From an uncultured Alphaproteobacteria bacterium (GTDB lineage Bacteria; Pseudomonadota; Alphaproteobacteria; Sphingomonadales; Sphingomonadaceae), in NCBI GenBank assembly GCA_963829325.1, contig CAWHHN010000002.1:272772-336771 (forward strand): DNA of 64,000 nt, written 5' to 3'. The position numbers were made by a program, and so were the translations under genes. Of this stretch, positions 31,505-41,968 are shown one piece after another. The notes beneath the pieces were generated by a model. It had not been told where the DNA came from and made no database searches. It saw only the letters and a program-made list of their open reading frames with translations. Position 1 is the stretch's first letter; each line of letters starts with the position of its first letter.

Positions 31505-31596
31505 CAACCCGATCTTAACCAGTTCGCCCTAGAGCGTGAAACCATACTTGCCCGCCGTGGGATTTCATGCGGGCCGAACGAGGGGGCTAGACAGCC

Positions 31597-32652
31597 ATGG
31601 ATAGGAAGAAGCTGGTTCTGCTGGTAGGTGCTCTGATCGTCGCGATCGGCACGGCGCTCGTCGCGCGGAGCATGTTTGCCGGCGCCAGCGCGCCGCAGGC
31701 CGAAGCGGCCGCGATGGTAGAGGCGCAGGGCCCCAAGGTCCTCGTCGCCCAGCGCGCCTTGCCGGTGGGTACGATCATTACCGCCGATGCGATCGGCTTC
31801 CAGCAGTGGCCCGAGGAGCTGGTCCAGGACGCCTATTTCCTCGACGGCGAGGCGGATATGAGCAAGCTGCTCGGCACCGTCGTGCGTCATCCGATCACCG
31901 CCGGCGAACCGGTCACCCAGGGCTCGCTCGTCGCACCGGGCGACCGCGGCTTCCTCGCTGCCGCGCTGACCCCGGGCATGCGCGCCATCACCGTTCCGGT
32001 CTCGGCCCAGTCGGGCGTCGCCGGCTTCGTCTTCCCCGGTGACCGCGTCGACATGGTTCTGACACAGACCGTTTCCGGGGTCGAAGGCACCGAACTGAAG
32101 GCATCGGAAACCATTCTTCGAAACCTTCGCGTGCTGGCCACCGACCAGTCGACCCAGTCCGAAAAGGCCGAGGACGGTTCGACGATCGTCAAGGCGTTTC
32201 GCACGGTGACGCTCGAGGTCACTCCGGTGATTGCCGAGAAGGTCGCGGTCGCACAGACCATCGGCACGCTCAGCCTGTCGCTCCGCTCGCTGGCAGACAA
32301 CCAGAACGAGCTCGAGCGCGCGATCGCTGCGGGCAATGTCTCGATCCCCGACAGCGCCACGCCGGAAGAGGAAGAGAAGCTTCTGCGCGAAGCCATGGCG
32401 CGTCCCGACGACGGCAAGAGCACCTATGTCACCGGAGGCGACGTGTCGCGCTTCCAGCGCCGGACCGTGCCGCCTCAGAGTGCCGGACAGCCTGCGCAAT
32501 ACGCTGCGTCGCCCGCCGGCGGATACGCGCCGACCGAAACTGGCCAGCCCGTCCGCCGCGGCCCCAGCGTTCGCGTCACCCGCGGCAAGGAAACCGTGGA
32601 TGTTCCGGTCGGAAAGGACCGCACCTCGGCCCAGTCGGTAGCGCTCAAGTGA
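31597..32652 (+). CDS. cpaB: Flp pilus assembly protein CpaB (SAF + RcpC)
   Basis: LPVGTII, PGMRAITVPV, FVFPGDRVD, GTLSLSLRS. Confidence 0.93.
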   Translation: MDRKKLVLLVGALIVAIGTALVARSMFAGASAPQAEAAAMVEAQGPKVLVAQRALPVGTIITADAIGFQQWPEELVQDAYFLDGEADMSKLLGTVVRHPITAGEPVTQGSLVAPGDRGFLAAALTPGMRAITVPVSAQSGVAGFVFPGDRVDMVLTQTVSGVEGTELKASETILRNLRVLATDQSTQSEKAEDGSTIVKAFRTVTLEVTPVIAEKVAVAQTIGTLSLSLRSLADNQNELERAIAAGNVSIPDSATPEEEEKLLREAMARPDDGKSTYVTGGDVSRFQRRTVPPQSAGQPAQYAASPAGGYAPTETGQPVRRGPSVRVTRGKETVDVPVGKDRTSAQSVALK

Positions 32653-32693
32653 GCCGGAGAGAGAAACAGGAAAGCCATTCAGGGGGCAATTCC

Positions 32694-34283
32694 ATGAAGC
32701 GTCGTCTAACCACAAAACTGCTGCTCGCCGGTCTCGCCGTCGCGCCGCTGGCTACCGCCCCGACGACCGTTGCGACGGCCCAGTCGGTGGTCCGCCCGGC
32801 TTCGGAGATCGTCCTCTCGATCGGCCGCGGGGAGCTGATCAACGTGCCCGGGTCGATGGCCGATGTGTTCATCGCCAACGACCAGATCGCCGATGTCCAG
32901 GTGAAGTCGCAGCGCCAGCTCTATGTCTTCGGAAAGTCCGGCGGCGAGACCACGGTCTATGCCAGCAACGCGGCAGGGGACATCATCTGGTCCGCGAATG
33001 TCAGGGTCGGCTCGAACATCGGCAGCATCGACCAGATGCTGGCGCTGGCCATGCCCGAAGCCAAGATCTCGGTCGCCACCATGGGCAGCAATGTCGTGTT
33101 GCTGACCGGCACCGTCGCCGCTCCGGAAGACGCTGCCGAGGCGCAGGAACTGGTGCAGGCGTTCGTCGGCGATGAATTCAACGTCATCAGCCGCCTGCGC
33201 ATGGCGACTCCGCTGCAGGTCAATCTGCAGGTCCGCATCGCCGAGGTCAGCCGCAGCTTCGTCCGGGCGCTGGGCGTCAATCTCGCGAGCATCGACAGTT
33301 CGAGCGGATTCAAGTTCGGCATCGGCCAGGGCCGCACCGGCGCGGTTCCCAATCTCGTTCCGGGAGCCCCCTTGGGCGGCAATGCCGTGCCCCAATATTA
33401 TGTCCCCGATCCGAACAATCCGGGCGAGTTCCTGCTCCAGAACGGGTCGTCGATCACCTCGCTGTCGCCTGGCACGACGCTCGGCGCATTCGGCAAGTTT
33501 CTCGGCCTCGACGTCGGCGCGGCGCTCGACCTCGCCGAGACCGAAGGCCTGGTCACCACGCTCTCGCAGCCCAATCTGACCGCGCTGTCGGGCGAGACCG
33601 CCGAATTCCTCGCCGGGGGCGAGTTCCCGATCCCGCTCAGCCAGGGGCTCGGAACGACCACGGTCGAATACAAGAACTACGGCGTCAGCCTCGCCTATTC
33701 GCCAACCGTCCTGGCCAACGGTCGCATCTCGTTGAGAGTGCGCCCCGAAGTCTCGGAACTCTCGAGCCAGGGCGCGATCACGCTCAACGGATTTCAGGTC
33801 CCGGCGCTCGTCACCCGGCGCGCTGAAACCACGGTCGAACTCGGTTCGGGGCAAAGCTTCATGATCGCCGGCCTGCTGTCGAACAATTCGCAGAATTCGA
33901 TCGATAAGGCACCTGGCCTCGGCGACGTGCCGGTGCTCGGCAATCTGTTCCGCTCGACCACCTATCGCAAGGGCGAGACCGAACTTGTCATCGTGGTTAC
34001 GCCCTATCTGGTGAAACCGGTCGATGCGAACGACATCAAACTGCCGACCGACGGTTTCCGCAATCCGACCGAAACCCAGCGTCTGCTCGGTTTCCAGCAG
34101 AGCGACGGGGTCAGCGGTGCGGACCGGCCGAAGCCCAGTTCGGCGCCGTCCGCCGAGACGCCGGCACCGCAGATTTCCTACGGAAAACCCGAAGAAGACG
34201 ACGATCGCCTAGCCGCTGGCCCGGGCGATGCACGGCGCGAGGAACGTACCGCCGCGGCCGAACCCGGCTTCAGCTTCGAATAA
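32694..34283 (+). CDS. cpaC: Flp pilus secretin
   Basis: QVNLQVRIAEV, PNLTALSGETAEFLAGGEFP, PGLGDVPVLGNLFRS, ELVIVVTPYLV. Confidence 0.94.
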   Translation: MKRRLTTKLLLAGLAVAPLATAPTTVATAQSVVRPASEIVLSIGRGELINVPGSMADVFIANDQIADVQVKSQRQLYVFGKSGGETTVYASNAAGDIIWSANVRVGSNIGSIDQMLALAMPEAKISVATMGSNVVLLTGTVAAPEDAAEAQELVQAFVGDEFNVISRLRMATPLQVNLQVRIAEVSRSFVRALGVNLASIDSSSGFKFGIGQGRTGAVPNLVPGAPLGGNAVPQYYVPDPNNPGEFLLQNGSSITSLSPGTTLGAFGKFLGLDVGAALDLAETEGLVTTLSQPNLTALSGETAEFLAGGEFPIPLSQGLGTTTVEYKNYGVSLAYSPTVLANGRISLRVRPEVSELSSQGAITLNGFQVPALVTRRAETTVELGSGQSFMIAGLLSNNSQNSIDKAPGLGDVPVLGNLFRSTTYRKGETELVIVVTPYLVKPVDANDIKLPTDGFRNPTETQRLLGFQQSDGVSGADRPKPSSAPSAETPAPQISYGKPEEDDDRLAAGPGDARREERTAAAEPGFSFE

Positions 34284-34298
34284 AGGGAGACGAGTATA

Positions 34299-34949
34299 AT
34301 GGCCAAGGCATTCAATCGCACGCTCGCCGGCTCGCTCGCCGTGTCGCTCAGCCTCGTTCTCGGAGGCTGCGGTGGGGTTCCGACCGAAAACCGGTCGCTC
34401 TACAGCATTCGCCAACCGGTCGTCGAACGCAGCAATTTCACGCTCGACGTGAATGTCGCCGGCGATGGCCTCACCGTCGCGGAGCAGCAGCGCGTGGCGG
34501 GCTGGTTCGAGGCGATGGACCTGAGTTACGGCGATCGGATCGCGATCGACGATCCCAGCGCCAATCCGGCGGTTCGGGAGGACGTCTCCGCGCTTGCAGG
34601 GCGCTACGGTCTGCTGGTCAGCGAAGGCTCGCCCGTGACCTCGGGCTATGTCGATCCCGGGCAGGCACGCATCGTGGTGACGCGTTCGACTGCCCATGTT
34701 CCGGGTTGCCCGGACTGGTCGGCAAACAACGAGGCCAACGACCACAACGCCACCTATCCCGGCTACGGCTGCGCGATCAATGGCAATCTCGCGGCCATGG
34801 TCGCCGATCCCGAAGACCTGATCCACGGCAAGAAGGGCACGGGCGAGACTGTCGTCACGACCTCCACCAAAGCCATCAAATCGTACCGCGAACAGGCGCC
34901 CACGGGGGCGGAAGGCCTGGCCGCAGTCGCCAGCAACGAAGGAGGCTGA
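34299..34949 (+). CDS. cpaD: Pilus assembly lipoprotein CpaD
   Basis: Lipobox LGGC; CPDWS...YGCAINGNLAAMVADPEDL. Confidence 0.9.
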   Translation: MAKAFNRTLAGSLAVSLSLVLGGCGGVPTENRSLYSIRQPVVERSNFTLDVNVAGDGLTVAEQQRVAGWFEAMDLSYGDRIAIDDPSANPAVREDVSALAGRYGLLVSEGSPVTSGYVDPGQARIVVTRSTAHVPGCPDWSANNEANDHNATYPGYGCAINGNLAAMVADPEDLIHGKKGTGETVVTTSTKAIKSYREQAPTGAEGLAAVASNEGG

Positions 34950-34955
34950 CACGTC

Positions 34956-36245
34956 ATGAGCGCTTCACTGAAACCCGGTCATACCGGCAACCGCGATGCT
35001 TTCGCCGCCTATATCTGCGACGATAATGCGCTTGATGCGCTGCGTCCGGTGGTGATCGAGCTCGGCTGGCAGCCTGAGAAATGCAACAAGGGCGGGCTGC
35101 GCAACGCGATTCAGTCGCTCTCGGTCTCGGCCAGTCCGAACATCCTCATGGTGGATCTGTCGGAAAGCGGCGATCCGCTCAATGACATCAACGCGCTGGC
35201 CGAGGTCTGCGAGCCCGGCACGGTGGTGATCGCGATCGGCCAGGTCAACGACGTGCGCCTCTATCGCGACCTGCTCGCCAGCGGCATTCACGACTATCTG
35301 CTCAAGCCGCTGTCGGCCAATATGCTGCGCGATTCGCTCAACCAGGCGCAGGCCGTCTTCGCAGCCCCGCGCACCGGCGAGGACGAAGGCATCAAGCGCC
35401 ATATCTCGACAGCCGTCATCGGCACGCGAGGCGGCGTCGGCGCTTCCACGCTGGCCACTTCGATCGCCTGGCTGTTCTCTAGCGACAAGCGCATGCCGAC
35501 CGCCCTGCTCGATCTCGACGTCCATTTCGGCACGGGCGCGCTGACGCTCGATCTGGAGCCCGGACGCGGCTTGACCGATGCGATCGACAACCCGAGCCGC
35601 ATCGACGGTCTGTTCATCGAGCGTGCGATGATCCGCGCCAACGAAAATCTCGCTATCCTTTCGGCCGAGGCGCCGATCAGCGCACCGCTGATGACCGATG
35701 GCGCGGCCTTCCTGCAGCTGCAGGAGGAATTCCGCCATGCTTTCGAGGCCACCGTCGTCGACCTGCCGCGCAACATGATGATCAATTTCCCGCATCTGCT
35801 CGCAGGCTTGAACGTGGTCGTGCTGGCGACGGAAATGTCGCTCGCTTCGGCGCGCGACACGATCCGCATCCTCTCCTGGCTCAAGGTCAACGCCCCGCAT
35901 GCGCAGGTCCTGATCGTCGCGAACAAGGTACAGCCGGGCGCAGCGGAAATCAGCCGTGCGGATTTCGAAGCCTCGATCGAGCGCAAGATCGACATCGCGA
36001 TCCCCTATGACCAGAAAGCGGCCGCCAACGCCGCCAAGCTGGGCAAGACCTTCGCCGATGCCAACGGCGGATCGAAGGCCACTTTGGCCATCAAACAGCT
36101 CTCCACGCGCGTCCTTGGTGCAAGCGAAGAAGAAGTCGTGGAAGCCGACGAGGCCGGCGCGAAGAAATCGCTGCTCGGCGGGCTCGATCTCAAGGGACTG
36201 CTGGCGAAGAAGAAAAGCGCACCGGTTCGCGAACCGGCGGAGTGA
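34956..36245 (+). CDS. cpaE: Pilus assembly protein CpaE (receiver-like + ParA/MinD-like ATPase)
   Basis: GQVNDVRLYRDL, GTRGGVGASTLA, DLDVHFG, VVDLPR. Confidence 0.92.
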   Translation: MSASLKPGHTGNRDAFAAYICDDNALDALRPVVIELGWQPEKCNKGGLRNAIQSLSVSASPNILMVDLSESGDPLNDINALAEVCEPGTVVIAIGQVNDVRLYRDLLASGIHDYLLKPLSANMLRDSLNQAQAVFAAPRTGEDEGIKRHISTAVIGTRGGVGASTLATSIAWLFSSDKRMPTALLDLDVHFGTGALTLDLEPGRGLTDAIDNPSRIDGLFIERAMIRANENLAILSAEAPISAPLMTDGAAFLQLQEEFRHAFEATVVDLPRNMMINFPHLLAGLNVVVLATEMSLASARDTIRILSWLKVNAPHAQVLIVANKVQPGAAEISRADFEASIERKIDIAIPYDQKAAANAAKLGKTFADANGGSKATLAIKQLSTRVLGASEEEVVEADEAGAKKSLLGGLDLKGLLAKKKSAPVREPAE

Positions 36246-36295
36246 ACGGTCGCCGACATGTCGGCGACCGTGGGTAGTTTGGACGGAGAGCAAGC

Positions 36296-37267
36296 ATGAA
36301 CATCATTCAGCTGGTGCTGGTGGCCGTCGGGGTGCTTGCCCTGCTGGCGATCGGCTACACGCTGCTCTCCGGCCCGAATGCGGCGAAGGCGAGCCAGCGG
36401 CGCCTCCAGCAGGTCCGTTACCGCCATTCGGAGAGCACCGACACGAAGGTCGAATCGCAGCTCAAGAAGGCGATCGCCGCGCGCAAACCCATGCTCCATC
36501 GCGCCGCCGGTTCCGAATCGCGGATCCATGCGCTTGCGATACGGCTCGACCGCACGGGCAAGAAGTGGACGCTGAGCCAATATGCCTATGCCTCGCTGGG
36601 GATCGGCGTGGCAGTCGCGCTCATCATGTTTCTGCGCAGCGGTTCGCTGGGCCTTTCGCTCGGGATGGGCATGCTGTTCGGTGCAGGGCTGCCGCACTTC
36701 ATGGTCAACCGTGCGATCAAGAAGCGCACCAATCAATTCAACGCGAAGTTTCCCGATGCGATCGATCTGCTGGTTCGCGGATTGCGCTCGGGCCTGCCGG
36801 TCGGCGAAACGCTCGCCGTCGTGGCGCAGGAAGTCCCCGGCCCGGTGGGGGTCGAATTCAAGGGTATCGTCGAACGGATCAAGATCGGTCGGACGATGGA
36901 GGAATCGCTCCAGGAAACCGCCGATCGCCTGGGCATCCCCGAATTCAACTTCTTCTGCATCACCCTCGCGATCCAGCGCGAGACCGGCGGCAATCTCGCC
37001 GAAACGCTGTCCAATCTCGGCGACGTCCTCCGCAAGCGCGCGCAGATGAAGCTCAAGATCAGGGCGATGAGCTCTGAATCCAAAGCGTCGGCCTATATCG
37101 TCGGTTCGCTGCCCTTCATCGTCTTCTCGATGATCTGGTGGATCAACCCGACCTATATCGGCGGATTCTTCGAAGACGATCGGCTGATCGTGACCGGTCT
37201 GGGTGGCCTCGTCTGGATGTCGATCGGCAGTTTTATCATGGCCAAGATGGTCAGCTTCGAAATCTGA
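36296..37267 (+). CDS. tadB: Tad pilus inner-membrane protein TadB
   Basis: FPDAIDLLVRGLRSG, IQRETGGNLAETL, SSESKASA. Confidence 0.92.
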   Translation: MNIIQLVLVAVGVLALLAIGYTLLSGPNAAKASQRRLQQVRYRHSESTDTKVESQLKKAIAARKPMLHRAAGSESRIHALAIRLDRTGKKWTLSQYAYASLGIGVAVALIMFLRSGSLGLSLGMGMLFGAGLPHFMVNRAIKKRTNQFNAKFPDAIDLLVRGLRSGLPVGETLAVVAQEVPGPVGVEFKGIVERIKIGRTMEESLQETADRLGIPEFNFFCITLAIQRETGGNLAETLSNLGDVLRKRAQMKLKIRAMSSESKASAYIVGSLPFIVFSMIWWINPTYIGGFFEDDRLIVTGLGGLVWMSIGSFIMAKMVSFEI

Positions 37268-37283
37268 GCAGGAAGAACAGAGC

Positions 37284-38282
37284 ATGGAATCCGCCACCGG
37301 CCCCACCCTACTCGGCTTCGACGTCATTCTAGTCGGCTCGATCCTCGCCGGAATCGCCTCGCTGGCGGTGCTGGTGGCGATCTATACCGCGGTCACCATC
37401 AAGGATCCGATGGCCAAGCGCGTCAGAGCGCTCGAGGGGCGACGCGAAGAGCTCAAGATGGGACTCGTCACTTCGACGGCCAAGAAGCGCCAGAGCCTGG
37501 TCCGCAAGACCGACACCACCGAGCGGATCAAGGACACGCTGGGCAATCTGAAGGTCCTGCAGCAGAGCCAGGTCGAGATCGTCCAGCGCAAGCTCGCCCA
37601 CGCCGGCATCCGCAACAAGGAACTGGCGGTGCTGGTGATCGGCCTGCGCGCGGTTCTGCCGATCCTGCTGGGCGGCTTCGCCTTCGTCATGCTGTACCTC
37701 GTCGAGGTCTATCCCGACTGGCAGGTGAAGCGGGTCGCGGCGCTCGCTCTGGCACTGTTCATCGGCTACAAGGGCCCCGAACTCTACATCAGCAACATCG
37801 CCAAGAAGCGGTCCGACGCGATCCGCAAGGGCCTGCCCGATGCGCTCGACCTGCTGGTGATCTGCGCCGAAGCCGGCCTCACGGTCGATGCCGCCTTCAA
37901 CCGCGTGGCGAAGGAACTGGGCCGCGCCTATCCCGAGCTGGGTGACGAATTCGCGCTCACCGCGATCGAATTGTCGTTCCTCAACGAACGCAAGAAGGCC
38001 TTCGACAATCTCGCCTATCGCGTCGATCTCGAAGCGGTCAAGGGCGTGGTGACGACCATGATCCAGACCGAACGCTACGGCACCCCGCTCGCCTCGGCCT
38101 TGCGTGTGCTGTCGGCCGAATTCCGCAACGAGCGCATGATGCGCGCCGAGGAGAAGGCCGCCCGTCTGCCCGCGATCATGACCGTGCCGCTGATCATGTT
38201 CATCCTCCCGGTGCTGTTCATCGTCATTCTCGGCCCGGCCGCCTGTTCGATCGCCGACGCCTTCAGCGGCGGGATCGGGTAG
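37284..38282 (+). CDS. tadC: Tad pilus inner-membrane protein TadC
   Basis: LPDALDLLVICAEAGL, QTERYGTP, AEEKAARLP. Confidence 0.92.
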   Translation: MESATGPTLLGFDVILVGSILAGIASLAVLVAIYTAVTIKDPMAKRVRALEGRREELKMGLVTSTAKKRQSLVRKTDTTERIKDTLGNLKVLQQSQVEIVQRKLAHAGIRNKELAVLVIGLRAVLPILLGGFAFVMLYLVEVYPDWQVKRVAALALALFIGYKGPELYISNIAKKRSDAIRKGLPDALDLLVICAEAGLTVDAAFNRVAKELGRAYPELGDEFALTAIELSFLNERKKAFDNLAYRVDLEAVKGVVTTMIQTERYGTPLASALRVLSAEFRNERMMRAEEKAARLPAIMTVPLIMFILPVLFIVILGPAACSIADAFSGGIG

Positions 38283-38290
38283 CAGCCCCG

Positions 38291-38758
38291 CTAGTCGGCC
38301 AGGCTCTCCGCATCGAACTCGCCCGCCTGGTCGCGAATGCGGACGAGCATGTCCTGGAGCGCGGCGCGTTCCTCGTCGCTCAACACCGCGAACAGCTGGC
38401 GTTCGATCTTCAGCGCCAGCGGCATGATGCCGTTGTGCACTGCCGTGCCTTCCGCGGTCAGTTCGAGCAGGTGCGAGCGGCCGTCGCGGGCGTTGGGCGA
38501 ACGCTGGACCAGCCCGCGGTCTTCGAGCTTGCGGCACGCGCGATTGACCGGAACCTTGTCCATCAGCGTCCGCTGCGAAAGTTCGCGCTGCGTCAGCTCG
38601 CCGTGATCGCCCAGCACCGCCATGATCCGCCATTCGGTGGTCTTGAGCGCGAAGCGCTTGCGATATTGCTCGGCGATCCGGGCCGAAACCGCGTTCGAGG
38701 CGATCGAAAGCTGATAGGGGAGAAATTCGGCGAGGCGCGGTGAGAGCTGGCGTGACAT
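38291..38758 (-). CDS. MarR-family transcriptional regulator
   Basis: EFLPYQL, EWRIMAVL, DKVPVNRA, DGRSHLLELT. Confidence 0.9.
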   Translation of the reverse strand: MSRQLSPRLAEFLPYQLSIASNAVSARIAEQYRKRFALKTTEWRIMAVLGDHGELTQRELSQRTLMDKVPVNRACRKLEDRGLVQRSPNARDGRSHLLELTAEGTAVHNGIMPLALKIERQLFAVLSDEERAALQDMLVRIRDQAGEFDAESLAD

Positions 38759-38824
38759 GCAGCCATCCTTAGGAAGCGAACGGCCCTTGGCAAGCCGTTG
38801 CGTATGTGACTATCCCCGAAGCAG

Positions 38825-39697
38825 CTATTCGTAGCCCGGCTCGTCCCACCAGGGATAGAAGTCGGGCATGTCCGCGCCCACCGTGTCGGGATAGTGCGGC
38901 GGGCGCTTCTCGAGGAAGCTTGCGATACCTTCCCGGGCATCCGCACTCCGACTGAGGCGGTAGATCGCGCGGCTGTCGATCCGGTGCGCATCCATCGGAT
39001 GCCCCCCCGCCCCGAGCCGCCACAGCATCGCACGCGTCATCGCGACCGAGACCGCCGAAGTGTTGTCGGCGATCTCGCGGGCCAGCCCCATGGCCGCGGG
39101 AAGCAGGTCCTGCTGCGGATGCACCGAACGGACCAGCCCCTTGTCCAACGCCTCGCGCGCATCGAAAATGCGGCCCGTCATGCACCATTCGAGCGCCGTC
39201 TGCATGCCCACCAGCCGCGGCAGGAACCAGCTCGACGCCGCTTCGGGCGTGATCCCCCGCCGGGCGAAGACGAAACCGAAGCGCGCATTGTCAGAACACA
39301 GCCGCATGTCGAAAGGCAGCTGCATCGTCGCCCCCACCCCGACCGCCACGCCGTTACACGCGCCGATCAACGGCTTCTTCGAATTGAACAACCGCAGCGT
39401 CAGCCTCCCGCCGCCATCGCGGACGCGTTCGTCCGAAAGATCCTCGACCCGATCGGGATCGGAGAACACATGCCCGCCGCCCTCGGGCGTCAGGTCGGCA
39501 CCAGCGCAGAAGGCACGCTCGCCGTCGCCGGTCACAATGACCGCGCGCACGTCATCGTCGGCATCGGTAATGTCGAGCGCATCGATGAACTCCTGCATCA
39601 TCACTCGCGTGAAGGCGTTCATCTTTTCGGGTCGGTGCAGCGTAACGGTGGCGATACCATCCGCGATGGCGAGCTTGATCTGGGTAAATTGGGTCAC
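38825..39697 (-). CDS. Enoyl-CoA hydratase/isomerase (crotonase) family protein
   Basis: HRPEKMNAF, AFCAGADL, NGVAVGVGATM, GITPEAAS; GTG 39697. Confidence 0.9.
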   Translation of the reverse strand: MTQFTQIKLAIADGIATVTLHRPEKMNAFTRVMMQEFIDALDITDADDDVRAVIVTGDGERAFCAGADLTPEGGGHVFSDPDRVEDLSDERVRDGGGRLTLRLFNSKKPLIGACNGVAVGVGATMQLPFDMRLCSDNARFGFVFARRGITPEAASSWFLPRLVGMQTALEWCMTGRIFDAREALDKGLVRSVHPQQDLLPAAMGLAREIADNTSAVSVAMTRAMLWRLGAGGHPMDAHRIDSRAIYRLSRSADAREGIASFLEKRPPHYPDTVGADMPDFYPWWDEPGYE

Positions 39698-39874
39698 GGC
39701 GCAATTCCTCTTCGCTCTGCGGAGCGTATCGGGCAGGGACCGTTGGTCACGCGGTCCTGGAGCAAGAAACGCCCCCCCTCCTCGCGTATGAAACGGGAGG
39801 AAGGAGGGGCTCGAAACCGTCATGCCGCCGGTTCTGGCGCGCGACGCGCGCGGTCGGATGGCGCCTACCGTGCA

Positions 39875-40660
39875 TCAGCGCGGCGCCATCCGGATCGCAC
39901 CGTCCAAACGGACATCCTCGCCGTTGAAATAGCCGGTCTCGATCATGCACATCGCCAGCTTGGCATATTCCTCGGGATTGCCGAGCCGCTTGGGAAACGG
40001 AACGCTGGCGGCGAGCGCTTCCTTCACCTGGGGCGGAGCGGCGTTCATCAGCGGGGTGTTGAAGATGCCCGGCAGGATGGTGTTCACGCGGATGCCCTCG
40101 CGCATCAGGTCGCGCGCGATCGGCAGCGTCATGCCGACCACGCCGCCCTTCGAAGCCGAGTAGGCAGCCTGGCCCATCTGCCCGTCCTCGGCCGCGACCG
40201 AAGCGGTATTGACGATCGCACCGCGGTCGCCTTCGTCGGTCAAGGGATCGAGCGTCATCATTCCGGCAGCCGACTTGGCGATGCAGCGGAAGGTGCCGAT
40301 CAGGTTGACCTGGATGACGAATTCGAAGGCCTGCAACGGAAAATGCTTGATCTCGCCCGATTGCTTGTCGCGGCTGGCGGTCTTGATCGCATTCCCGATA
40401 CCCGCGCAATTGACCAGGATGCGTTCCTGGCCATGGGCCTCGCGCGCCTTGGCGAAGCCCGCGTCGACATCTTCCTCGCTGGTCACATTGACCTTGCAGA
40501 ACACGCCGCCGATGTCCTTTGCGACGGCCTCGCCCTTTTCCTCGTTCATGTCGAAAAGCGCGACCTTGGCGCCCTTGGCAGCGAGCGCGCGGGCGGTGGC
40601 TTCACCGAGGCCCGAGGCGCCGCCGGTGACGATCGCGGGGGTTTTGCTGCTGACTTCCAT
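39875..40660 (-). CDS. SDR, 3-hydroxyacyl-CoA dehydrogenase type II-like
   Basis: TGGASGLG, NCAGIG, NTASVAA, YSASK, PKRLG. Confidence 0.92.
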   Translation of the reverse strand: MEVSSKTPAIVTGGASGLGEATARALAAKGAKVALFDMNEEKGEAVAKDIGGVFCKVNVTSEEDVDAGFAKAREAHGQERILVNCAGIGNAIKTASRDKQSGEIKHFPLQAFEFVIQVNLIGTFRCIAKSAAGMMTLDPLTDEGDRGAIVNTASVAAEDGQMGQAAYSASKGGVVGMTLPIARDLMREGIRVNTILPGIFNTPLMNAAPPQVKEALAASVPFPKRLGNPEEYAKLAMCMIETGYFNGEDVRLDGAIRMAPR

Positions 40661-40795
40661 TTTTCTCTCCTGACAGTTCGAAATCATTGATGCCTGTGTG
40701 GCCTGGTGGCCGATTGCATATCGGCCCCTGCCGGTTCATGCGAAGCGGATCTTTACCCGCTATGGCACGAACGCGCTTGTCTGATCCGTGCCCGA

Positions 40796-41968
40796 CTACA
40801 GTGCTTCGATGATGGTGACGTTGGCGACGCCGCCGCCTTCGCACATCGTCTGCAGCCCGTACTTCTTGCCGCGGGCCTTGAGCGCGTGGACCAGCGTCGC
40901 CATCAGCTTGGTGCCCGAGGCGCCGAGCGGGTGGCCGAGCGCGATCGCTCCGCCGTTGACGTTGAGCTTGTCCGGATCGGCGCCGGTGTGCTTGAGCCAG
41001 GCGAGCGGCACGGGCGCGAAGGCCTCGTTGACCTCGTAGAGATCGATGTCCTCGATGCGCATCCCGGCGCGCTGCAACGCGCGATCGGTCGCGAACAGGG
41101 GTTCCTCGAGCATGATCACCGGATCGCCTGCGGTGACCGTGAGATTGTGGATCCGCGCCAGCGGGGTGAGGCCATATTCCTTGAGCGCCTTTTCCGAGAC
41201 GATCAGCGCCGCGCTCGACCCGTCGCAGATCTGGCTGCTGGTGGCAGCGGTAATCGTGCCCTCGGGGCTTAGCAGCTTGACCGACTGGATGCTCTCGAGC
41301 GTGGCGTCGAAGCGGATGCCTTCGTCGACCGTGTGCATTTCGGTTCCGTCGGCGGTTTCTATCTCGATCGGCACGATCTCCGCCGCGAAGGCGCCCGATT
41401 TGGTCGCTTCGATCGCCTTGTGGTGGCTCGCCAGCGCGAAGCGGTCGAGGTCGTCCTTGGTGAAGCCGTGCTTCTTGACGATCATCTCCGCACCCATGAA
41501 CTGCGACCACTGGATCCCGGGATACTTCTCCTCGAGCCCGGGCGACTTGTAGTTGCCCAGCCCCTCCTTCATGTGGAACATGGCGGTCGAGCCCATCGGG
41601 ACGCGGCTCATGCTTTCGACACCCGCGGCGATCACCACGTCCTGCGTGCCGCTCATGACCGCCTGCGCGGCGAACTGGATCGCCTGCTGGCTCGATCCGC
41701 ACTGCCGGTCGATCGTTACCGCCGGGACGCCTTCCCCGAGGTGCTTCGCGGCCAGCACGGCGTTTCGCCCGACCTGCATCGCCTGTTCGCCGCCCTGGCT
41801 GACGCAGCCCATCACCACGTCGTCGACCGCCTTCGCTGCGAGGCCGGTCCGTTCCATGACCGCATCGAGCGTGCGTGCCGCGAGATCGACCGGGTGAACC
41901 CCGGCGAGACGACCTCCGCGGCGACCGCCCGCGGTTCGAACGGCTTCTACGATATAGGCTTCGGGCAT
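40796..41968 (-). CDS. Acetyl-CoA C-acyltransferase (thiolase)
   Basis: DRQCGSS, NEAFA, GGAIALGHPLGASG, MCEGGG. Confidence 0.95.
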   Translation of the reverse strand: MPEAYIVEAVRTAGGRRGGRLAGVHPVDLAARTLDAVMERTGLAAKAVDDVVMGCVSQGGEQAMQVGRNAVLAAKHLGEGVPAVTIDRQCGSSQQAIQFAAQAVMSGTQDVVIAAGVESMSRVPMGSTAMFHMKEGLGNYKSPGLEEKYPGIQWSQFMGAEMIVKKHGFTKDDLDRFALASHHKAIEATKSGAFAAEIVPIEIETADGTEMHTVDEGIRFDATLESIQSVKLLSPEGTITAATSSQICDGSSAALIVSEKALKEYGLTPLARIHNLTVTAGDPVIMLEEPLFATDRALQRAGMRIEDIDLYEVNEAFAPVPLAWLKHTGADPDKLNVNGGAIALGHPLGASGTKLMATLVHALKARGKKYGLQTMCEGGGVANVTIIEAL

